From positions 2,080,001 to 2,144,000 of the forward strand of contig CP051526.1 in assembly GCA_050916045.1 (NCBI GenBank): DNA of 64,000 nucleotides. Direction: 5' to 3'. This document shows, in pieces, positions 36,013 through 43,433 of this stretch. The position numbers and the translations under genes were made by a program. Origin of the DNA: Tepidisphaera sp. (GTDB taxonomy: Bacteria; Planctomycetota; Phycisphaerae; Phycisphaerales; UBA1924). Positions within the stretch are counted from its first letter, which is position 1. Each line of letters opens with the position of its first letter. Under the pieces are notes generated by a model. It was not told the DNA's origin and made no database searches. It worked only from the letters and a program-made list of their open reading frames with translations.

Positions 36013-37698
36013 TCACTGCAGGTTCACGAGGACCAGCACCAGGCCCTTCTCACCCTTGGCCATCGCCGTCATGGACTTGCCGATCACCGCCCCGTGCGAG
36101 CGGCCCGCGTCGGTGGCCTTCATCGCGTATCCGGCCTTGTCCGAAGACGTCAGCAGGTCGCCGGGCTCGATCGCCTGCTCCGTGGCGTCCACGTAGCAGT
36201 AGACGCGACCCGTCAGCGCCACAGCGTGCTTGCCGTCGGCCTTCGTACCCTTCTGACCCATCATGAGGCCGGTCTTGACACCGCCCGCCCCCGAGATGAT
36301 GCCCGCGACCGTCTTGTCGTACGCGCCGGTCGAAAGCACCAGGGCGCCGGGGTTCTTGGGATCAATCGAGACGAGCATGCCCGGCTCGACGTTCGCCCCC
36401 GCCGCGGCGGAGATGTCGAACTGCTCGGAAAGGTCCGAACCGCCGGTGATCGAAAGCTCCTGTGTCGTAATGCGCCCGTCGCCGTTGAAATCGGCATCGA
36501 TCGAGATCGTCGCGGTGCCGTCGGCGCGGTACAGGTTGATCTGCCCGCCCTGTCCCGCGGCTTCCGAACCCTCGACCTGCACGCCGACCGTGCCGTTGTC
36601 CTGCAGGAAGGTCGCTCCGCCGCCGTTGCTGCTCTCGAAGTTTCCGTAGATCGTGGTGCGGACCTGGCCGGAAGCGTTGAACGCGCGAATCAGGCCGCCG
36701 CTGGGATCGGTGGCCATCTGCGACGAAGCCAAGCCGCCGCGCCGGATGAGGATCCCCGCCGACGGAACCGTCGCCGTGCCGCCAAAGCCACCGCCGTCGG
36801 AGAGGATCTGGATCGACTCCTCACCCACGCGGTTGAACAAGCTCAACACGCCCCCGGGGAACAAAGTGCTGTCCGAGCCGTCAAGCCGCACCGTCCGGAT
36901 GCCAGCCGCGTTGTACAGATCAAACAGCCCGCCATCGCTGCTGGTGTTGATGATCACGCGGTTGGCCGTGGTGCTCCCCGTGCCGTCATAGAAGTTCATC
37001 GTGCCGCTCGAGAGCGCGATCGCGATCCGCGGCTTGGTCTGGTCGCCGGCCACGAACTCCAGCGCGTCGCCGCTGAACCCGTCCGAGGTGATGTCGCGGT
37101 ACTGGATGCCCCAGTCCGGGAACGAGGTCGAGTGCGCCATCCACATCCGCTTGTCCACGATGTTGTTCATGCCGGTCGTGATGACCGGGGTCGTGCCAGA
37201 CGCGAAGAGAGCGCGGTTGCGGAACGTCGCGTCGCCGAAGACGTCAAGCTTGGTCGACGGCGCGCCGCCCACACCCACGTTCAGCGCCGTGTCCGTGAAC
37301 AGGCCCCGCGTCTGCAGCGCGTACGGCGTCGCGGACAAAAGCTGCCGCTGCGCGATCGTGACGAACGCGCCCCCGCCCGCCGGAGAGCGAACCTCGATCC
37401 GCAGGAACCGGTTCTCGCCGTTGAAGGGCGTCACACCGAAGTCGATCGCCGTCGTGAACAGCCCGTCCGCCACGTTCACGTTGCTCACCGTCACCGGGCC
37501 CGCCACCTGCACGCCACCCACCGCCGAATCCCAGAGCGTAAAGCGGAAGTCGGCCAGACCGCTTACCGCCGACCCGGCGCTCTTGAGCTGCCCCTGGTAC
37601 GTAAAGCCCGTGCTCAGCGGAGCCTCCGGCTGCGCCATCGCCGATCCCGCCATCAGTCCAAGAACGGCCACCATGGAAGCCACGCGACGAGTCTTCAT
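36013..37698 (-). CDS. Secreted fibre-like protein with 'FTYQGQL' N-domain and C-terminal intramolecular-chaperone (peptidase G2-like) domain
   Basis: ATG at 37698 after AAGGAGG; signal peptide; 'FTYQGQLK...FRFTLWD...PYAL'; Gly-rich beta repeats; 'GGSDLSEQF', 'VALTGRVYC', 'IEPGDLLTSS', 'VIGK'. Confidence 0.75.
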   Translation of the reverse strand: MKTRRVASMVAVLGLMAGSAMAQPEAPLSTGFTYQGQLKSAGSAVSGLADFRFTLWDSAVGGVQVAGPVTVSNVNVADGLFTTAIDFGVTPFNGENRFLRIEVRSPAGGGAFVTIAQRQLLSATPYALQTRGLFTDTALNVGVGGAPSTKLDVFGDATFRNRALFASGTTPVITTGMNNIVDKRMWMAHSTSFPDWGIQYRDITSDGFSGDALEFVAGDQTKPRIAIALSSGTMNFYDGTGSTTANRVIINTSSDGGLFDLYNAAGIRTVRLDGSDSTLFPGGVLSLFNRVGEESIQILSDGGGFGGTATVPSAGILIRRGGLASSQMATDPSGGLIRAFNASGQVRTTIYGNFESSNGGGATFLQDNGTVGVQVEGSEAAGQGGQINLYRADGTATISIDADFNGDGRITTQELSITGGSDLSEQFDISAAAGANVEPGMLVSIDPKNPGALVLSTGAYDKTVAGIISGAGGVKTGLMMGQKGTKADGKHAVALTGRVYCYVDATEQAIEPGDLLTSSDKAGYAMKATDAGRSHGAVIGKSMTAMAKGEKGLVLVLVNLQ

Positions 37699-37916
37699 AC
37701 CAACCTCCTTCAGGGGATGCGACAGCCTTCCCGGCCCACGCCGGCAGACCACGTCCCGAACCAATTGACACCCTCGAACCGGAACCCTTACACAAAGCCC
37801 GGTCTACAGGAGAGAGCGTACCAGACCCGATATGCGTCCGAAAATGGAAAACTGACCGAACCGGCCCGTTCGCCGCACCGGCTCCAACCCAAACCCCGGG
37901 CCCTACAGTCGGCCGT

Positions 37917-37990
37917 GTGCCCGTAGCTCAGTTGGATAGAGCGGCGGTTTCCTAAACCGCAGGTCGGCAGTTCGAACCTGCCCGGGCACG
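37917..37990 (+). tRNA. tRNA-Arg (anticodon CCT), CCA not encoded
   Basis: Acceptor stem GTGCCCG/CGGGCAC, D-arm GCTC..GAGC, anticodon stem GCGGT/ACCGC with loop TTCCTAA, T-arm GGCAG-TTCGAAC-CTGCC. Confidence 0.97.
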
Positions 37991-38106
37991 TTCAGAACCG
38001 GCCCAGACGGCCGAGAATCCCCCATCCCGTGCGCCCCAATCGTGGAAACGAGCCCCCGGGGGTCTCCTTGGGTGGCAATCCGCGATTCCTGTGGCAGACT
38101 TCGCCT

Positions 38107-38484
38107 GTGGACTCCCACATCATCAGACCGGTCGTCCTGCTCGGGCTCCTCGCCCTCGCCGGGTGCGCTTCGCCCGACTCCCCGCAAGCCTGGCACCAGC
38201 CCCGGTTCGCTCAGGATGAGAGAACCGCGGAATCTCGTCTGGTGATTGCGAGCGACCTGGTCGCGGCGGACCGGGCTCTTGGCTCGGGCTCTGAGGTCTA
38301 TCGCCGGGACGAAGCGCTCAGCGTCGGGATGCTCGACGGAAACCTCGCCGTGCCGCTTTATGTCGGCGAGCGTGCGCCCAGTCTGGACGACGCCCGGTAC
38401 CTTTACCTTCGTTCGGACCACAGCCGCGTGCTCTACTTCAGCGATGGGTACGGCCGGCGGCCCTGGCACTGGCACCGCCGCTAG
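38107..38484 (+). CDS. Putative lipoprotein of unknown function
   Basis: Lipobox 'LLGLLALAGC' near a probable GTG start at 38107. Confidence 0.65.
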   Translation: MDSHIIRPVVLLGLLALAGCASPDSPQAWHQPRFAQDERTAESRLVIASDLVAADRALGSGSEVYRRDEALSVGMLDGNLAVPLYVGERAPSLDDARYLYLRSDHSRVLYFSDGYGRRPWHWHRR

Positions 38485-38490
38485 GCACGC

Positions 38491-38532
38491 AAAAAACGCG
38501 AGAGCCCGCCGTCGAAGGCGGGCCCGCACGTT
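38491..38532 (-). terminator. Probable terminator after fibro-slime gene 1
   Basis: GCCCGCC-gtcgaa-GGCGGGC hairpin with an A6 run on the + strand side. Confidence 0.55.
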
Positions 38533-38606
38533 CAGCACACGGGATCGACCGATGGAGGTGGCGCCGGTGGAGGCTCGTCGATCAGGAGCCCGCCGGAGGT
38601 GGTCCG

Positions 38607-39545
38607 TCAGTCGTGCAGGTTGCTGGTGGTCGGAGCAGAGACCGACCGCAGCTCAAGCGTGCACTCAAACCGGAAGTTCGACTGCGTCGTGCGTCGCTCG
38701 GCGTGGAAGATGTCCAAGCGATACGTCTGCCCGTCGGTCAGCCAGTTCAGCCGGTCAAGATCCACGAACTGCTCCTTGCGGGAGTGCAAGCCGCCCAGGT
38801 CGATCGCCAGGCGACCACCGATAAACACCCAGACGTCGTCGTCGCCGGTGAACTTGAAGACCTGACCCATGCCGCGCTTGTACACGAACTCCGTGTTGAT
38901 CTCCGTGGTGAAGTGGAAGTTGCGCCCGGTGTTCGAGTAGTTCCCGTAGAGCTCGCCGTTGATCGGGAAGAACCCGCCGCGACCCGAGTACGGCGCGTCC
39001 GTCGCCGAGTCGAAGACGTACCGGTTCGTGTTCGCCACGCGGTTCAGCGTCAGCGGCACGCGTTTCGACACGTTCACGCCCGGAACATCGCGGTACCACT
39101 GCGAGAACCGCTCGGCGCTCGTCAGGCCGTTGCCCGTTCCGCCCGCCGCCAGACGCCCCAGGACGTCGCCACGCGAAGCGTCGAAGAGTGACGGCATGAT
39201 GAACCGGCCCGCCGAGTCCCGGAATTCCGTGGAGATCGTCTGGCCGCGCAGGCTCGCGACCGTCGGCTTGCCCGAGTTGTCGAGCGTCGAAGCGACCAGG
39301 CCGACCGTCGTGGACCCGGAGAAGAACTGGAAGTCCGGGTGCCCGCCCGATTCCCCGTTGGCTTTGAAGTCGCGGATCGTCGCGTCGATCTGGATCGACG
39401 AGGGAAGCGCGGCGTACTGGTCGGCCGAGTTGTTGCCGATGGCGCTGCCGCCGCCGACCACCAGCGAGCCGACGCCCGCAATAGCGCAGAGACCGGCGAT
39501 GGCCGCGACCGCTCTGCCCGAGGACTTGTGAGTGAAACTGAGCAT
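38607..39545 (-). CDS. Fibro-slime (PA14-like) domain protein 1
   Basis: 'RDF...GHPDF', 'FSQWYRD', 'NFHFTTE', '[11 protein letters not shown]', 'DLGGLH', 'FHAER'; N-terminal signal/anchor. Confidence 0.88.
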   Translation of the reverse strand: MLSFTHKSSGRAVAAIAGLCAIAGVGSLVVGGGSAIGNNSADQYAALPSSIQIDATIRDFKANGESGGHPDFQFFSGSTTVGLVASTLDNSGKPTVASLRGQTISTEFRDSAGRFIMPSLFDASRGDVLGRLAAGGTGNGLTSAERFSQWYRDVPGVNVSKRVPLTLNRVANTNRYVFDSATDAPYSGRGGFFPINGELYGNYSNTGRNFHFTTEINTEFVYKRGMGQVFKFTGDDDVWVFIGGRLAIDLGGLHSRKEQFVDLDRLNWLTDGQTYRLDIFHAERRTTQSNFRFECTLELRSVSAPTTSNLHD

Positions 39546-39682
39546 GGTTCAAACCTCCGTGAGCGTCGTGTGCGATTGCTGAGTGACTGACGCCGACCAG
39601 ACTGTGCGATTCGCTGGACACCGATGCAACCGGAACACAGAGATCTTTTTCCGGTGAGTTCCGTCTGTGCGGGGGTCCCGCC

Positions 39683-39714
39683 AAAGAAAAGGGCGGCCCC
39701 GCTCGGGGCCGCCC
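39683..39714 (-). terminator. Rho-independent terminator after fibro-slime gene 2
   Basis: GGGCGGCCCC-gctc-GGGGCCGCCC preceded on the + strand by AAAGAAAA. Confidence 0.8.
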
Positions 39715-39756
39715 AGGAAGAGGATGCAGGAAGAGGAGGCTCTCGGACCACGCCGA

Positions 39757-40686
39757 TCAGTCATGCAGCGCCGAGGTCGTCGGCGGCTGGACCGACCGCA
39801 AGCGGATGCTCGTCGCGATCTGGAAGTTCGACTGCGTGCGGTGACGCTCCGCGAAGAAGAACTTCAGCTTGTACACCCGACCGTCCTGGAGCCAGTTCAG
39901 CCGGTCCAGCGAGATCGACTGGGAGACCGCGCCGTGCACGCCGCCCACGTCCACCACCAGCTTCCCGTCGATGAACACCCAGACGTCGTCGTCACCCGTG
40001 AAGGTGAAAACCTGGTCACGTCCCTGTTCATACTCGAACTCCGTCTCGAGCTCGAACGTGAAGTGGTAGTTCGTGTTCGCCACGCCGCCGCCGCCGCTGT
40101 TGCCGAAAAGCTCGCCGTTGACCGGGAAGAACCCCGAGCGGCTCTGGTACAGCGGGTCCGTCCGGTCGTTGAACGTGTAGACGTTCGTGCCGGACTGCCG
40201 GCGGAGCGTCAGCGGGATCTGTTTGGAGACGTTCATGCCCGGTGAGTCCCGAAACCACTGTCGGAACGACGCTTCCGTCGTCAGGGCACCCGTCTTGGTC
40301 AGGTCAAAGGCGCCCGCGACGTCACCCTGGCGGGCGTTGATGTACGACCGGGGGCCAAGAACGTTCCGGCTTTGGGCGTCCCGGAACTGCGACGTGAGCC
40401 TCACGCCCTGGGAGCGGAACGCCGGCTTGCCGTCCGCGTCCAGTTCGTCCTGCACCATCCGCATGTACTGCCCGAAGCCGCCCGAGGGGCTTCGCTCAAA
40501 GTCCGGGTGCCCGCCCGAGACCCCGCGTTCGCGGAAGTCCCGCACGACGCCCGTCAACTCGATGCTCGACGGGAGCGCTGCAAATTCGTCCGAAGACGCC
40601 GTCAGCCCCAACGGCATCGTGCCGATGGCGACCACCGCCGCCGCAAGCCCGACCGTCCCGATCAATCCGCGTGCTGTCCTGGTCAT
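39757..40686 (-). CDS. Fibro-slime (PA14-like) domain protein 2
   Basis: Same motifs as 38607-39545; ATG at 40686 after GGAGGAGG. Confidence 0.88.
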   Translation of the reverse strand: MTRTARGLIGTVGLAAAVVAIGTMPLGLTASSDEFAALPSSIELTGVVRDFRERGVSGGHPDFERSPSGGFGQYMRMVQDELDADGKPAFRSQGVRLTSQFRDAQSRNVLGPRSYINARQGDVAGAFDLTKTGALTTEASFRQWFRDSPGMNVSKQIPLTLRRQSGTNVYTFNDRTDPLYQSRSGFFPVNGELFGNSGGGGVANTNYHFTFELETEFEYEQGRDQVFTFTGDDDVWVFIDGKLVVDVGGVHGAVSQSISLDRLNWLQDGRVYKLKFFFAERHRTQSNFQIATSIRLRSVQPPTTSALHD

Positions 40687-40997
40687 TGGTGAACCTCCTC
40701 CCACCACGGACTACGCGCGGCGGTCACCCGACTCTGCGATTCAGGCAGGGAGAAAGCGACCCAGCACCCCGGTTTCCGTACCTCATCCTTCCGGCTGTAG
40801 CGATCGTGACGATCGCGCCCGCCACTCCCCTTCCCCGGCCGCCCGCGACCGCCCGGCCCGAACCCGTGACCCGCGAAAATCCATCCAAAAACCCGCGTGT
40901 GCAGTTCTATCCGCCGAGTGGACGATGTATGATCGGACCTCGGGGTTCGGAGAGCCCCGATCAGCCATCAAGGCATGCACCCAGGAAGGGAATCTCA

Positions 40998-42356
40998 ATG
41001 GATACTTTCGTCATCGAAGGCGGCCGCAGACTTTCAGGCCGCGTCCGCGTTTACGGGTCCAAGAACGCCGCCCTCCCGCTCACCGCGGCCGCCCTCTTGA
41101 CCGACCAGCCCGTCACCCTTCGAGACGTCCCCGACCTCGCCGACCTGCGCAACATGTACCGCCTCCTCGCGGAACTCGGCTGCGTCCGCACCTCTGAGCC
41201 GCCCGCCGAACAGCCCGGCGTTCTCCGTCTCCACACCCAGTCCACCAGCAACTCCCACGCCCGCTACGACCTGGTCAAGACCATGCGGGCCTCGATCTGC
41301 ACCCTGGGCCCCATGCTCGCCAAGCGCGGGTTCGCCCGAGTCTCCATGCCCGGCGGCTGCTCGATCGGCGACCGCCCGGTCGACCTCCACCTCCGCGGCC
41401 TCGCCGCTCTCGGTGCCGAGATCACCCTGACCGCCGGCGACATCACCGCCAAAGCCCCGCAGGGCGGCCTCCGCGGCGCCACCATCTTCCTCGGCGGCGC
41501 CTCAGGCTCCACCGTCCTCGGCACCGCCAACGTCATGTCCGCCGCCACCCTCGCCCGCGGCGTCACGATCATCGAGTCCGCTGCCTGCGAGCCCGAGATC
41601 GTCGACCTCGCCAACATGCTCAACGCCATGGGCGCCCGCATCCGCGGCCAGGGCTCCCCCCGCCTCATCATCGAGGGCGTCAAGGAACTCCACGGCGTCG
41701 AACACACCGTCATCCCCGACCGCATCGAAGCCGGCACCTTCATCCTCGCCGCCGCCATCACCAACGGCGACCTCATCCTCGACAACTGCCCGATGGACGC
41801 TCTCCTCGCGGTCGTCGACAAGCTCGCCGCTATGGGCGTCCGCATCGCCACGGTCCCCAGCGCCCCGGGCGTCCCCCCCGCCATCGACCCCATGCGGGCT
41901 TCCGTCCGAGTCACCTGCGACCGCGTGCTCAAGCCCGTCGAGGTCACCACCCAGCCGCACCCCGGCTTCCCCACCGACATCCAGGCTCAGCTCATGGCGA
42001 CCCTCACGCTCGCGGACGGCAACTCCGTCATCACCGAGCGCATCTTCCCCGAGCGATTCCTCCACGTCGCCGAGCTCTCACGCATGGGCGCCAAGATCTA
42101 CCGCCAGGGCCCGACCGTCATCATCTCCGGCGTCAAGCGGCTCATCGGCGCCCCGGTCATGGCTTCCGACCTCCGCGCCTCCGCGTGCCTCGTCCTCGCG
42201 GGCATGGCCGCCGAGGGCACGACCGTCATCCACCGCGTCTATCACCTCGACCGCGGCTACGAACGAATGGAGGACCGCCTCAATTCCGTCGGAGCGATCA
42301 TCAAGCGGGTCGATGACAAAGACCTGCCCCCCGACTCCCGTATCGCGGAAGGCTAA
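40998..42356 (+). CDS. murA: UDP-N-acetylglucosamine 1-carboxyvinyltransferase
   Basis: ATG at 40998 after GGAAGG; 'GSKNAALP', 'MRAS', 'PGGCSIGDRP', 'PGFPTD', 'DLRA', 'HLDRGYE'. Confidence 0.97.
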   Translation: MDTFVIEGGRRLSGRVRVYGSKNAALPLTAAALLTDQPVTLRDVPDLADLRNMYRLLAELGCVRTSEPPAEQPGVLRLHTQSTSNSHARYDLVKTMRASICTLGPMLAKRGFARVSMPGGCSIGDRPVDLHLRGLAALGAEITLTAGDITAKAPQGGLRGATIFLGGASGSTVLGTANVMSAATLARGVTIIESAACEPEIVDLANMLNAMGARIRGQGSPRLIIEGVKELHGVEHTVIPDRIEAGTFILAAAITNGDLILDNCPMDALLAVVDKLAAMGVRIATVPSAPGVPPAIDPMRASVRVTCDRVLKPVEVTTQPHPGFPTDIQAQLMATLTLADGNSVITERIFPERFLHVAELSRMGAKIYRQGPTVIISGVKRLIGAPVMASDLRASACLVLAGMAAEGTTVIHRVYHLDRGYERMEDRLNSVGAIIKRVDDKDLPPDSRIAEG

Positions 42357-42582
42357 AGCCGCTTTCCCATCTTGACATGGGGCGGCCGAATCCCGCCGTT
42401 GGCAACCGTCTGTAACAATGCTTCACGGCATGGTTTCGTCTGCTATCTCGCGATTTTCGCTGTAATTTCGTTACACCAAACGAATCGGGTAGCGATAGAC
42501 GCAATCTCGGGTAGAGTGATTGAATACCGCGCTTTCGGGCTTGGTTTCGTCCGTAGCGAGCGGTTTCAAAGGAGTCTGTCCC

Positions 42583-43242
42583 ATGTCTTTCAAAGCACTC
42601 ATTCCCGCCCTCGCTGTTCTCGCCACCGCTGGTTCTTCCGTCGCCGGCACCAACTTCCTCAACAACGCCAGCTTCGAGAATCCCCTCGGCTTTGACTTCT
42701 CCAACCCCTCCAACTGGAACGGCTTCTTCGGCGGTCCCGCCGGCACGTTCCTTCAGGCCTTCAACGACACCGGCGCTGCGGCCCGCTCCGGCGACCGCGC
42801 CCTCGTCACGACGATCCGCGGCGTCCCCGGCGTGACCAACGGCTTCAACGCCTTCACGGGCCACGTTCAGATCGTGACCGGCCTCACCGCCGGCTCGAGC
42901 TACGAACTCTCCGTTTGGGCGCGTGGCAACCCCACCGTGCTCGACGGCGCTGAGTACCGCATCGAGTGGCAGAACGCCTCTGGTGTCGAGATCAGCCGCG
43001 TCAACACCGAAATCCACCCCTTCCTCACCGGCGACTACCAGCGCTTCGCGATCACCGCCGTGGCCCCCGAGGGTGCGACCCGCGCGGCCGTCGTCTTCGC
43101 CGTTCAGAGCTTCTTCAACACCGGCAACATCGCTGACACCAGCGTCGCCTGGGACGATGCGAGCTTGACGGTGATCCCCGCTCCGGCCTCCCTCGGCCTG
43201 CTCGCGATGGCCGGCCTGACCGGCCTCCGCCGCCGCCGCTAA
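42583..43242 (+). CDS. PEP-CTERM (IPAP-type) sorting-domain surface protein
   Basis: Signal peptide; 'NASFE...WDDASL' jelly-roll-like domain; C-terminus 'IPAPASLGLLAMAGLTGLRRRR'. Confidence 0.88.
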   Translation: MSFKALIPALAVLATAGSSVAGTNFLNNASFENPLGFDFSNPSNWNGFFGGPAGTFLQAFNDTGAAARSGDRALVTTIRGVPGVTNGFNAFTGHVQIVTGLTAGSSYELSVWARGNPTVLDGAEYRIEWQNASGVEISRVNTEIHPFLTGDYQRFAITAVAPEGATRAAVVFAVQSFFNTGNIADTSVAWDDASLTVIPAPASLGLLAMAGLTGLRRRR

Positions 43243-43274
43243 GCGGTCCTCCGCCGTCCATCCGAATTCCGACG

Positions 43275-43305
43275 AGCCTCACGCGCAAGCGTGAGGCTTT
43301 TTCTT
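43275..43305 (+). terminator. Rho-independent terminator
   Basis: AGCCTCACGC-GCAA-GCGTGAGGCT followed by TTTTCTT. Confidence 0.85.
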
Positions 43306-43433
43306 GGCGGTCTGATCGCCGACCCGGCTCCGTCGCTTCGGGCTTGGCACCCCCTTCGGGGCCGAAAGGACGAGCACATTCAAGGTCCGAAATCCCACTT
43401 CCCGAACGGGTCCCCACCTATACTTGCCGCAGC

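Noticed and set aside
37917..37990. tRNA-Arg as the attachment site of an integrated island or prophage
   Set aside because: No integrase, no duplicated tRNA 3' end noticed and no phage structural genes; the fibre-like gene has a host signal peptide
41340..41385. Fosfomycin-resistant MurA variant
   Set aside because: The active-site Cys (PGGCSIG) is retained
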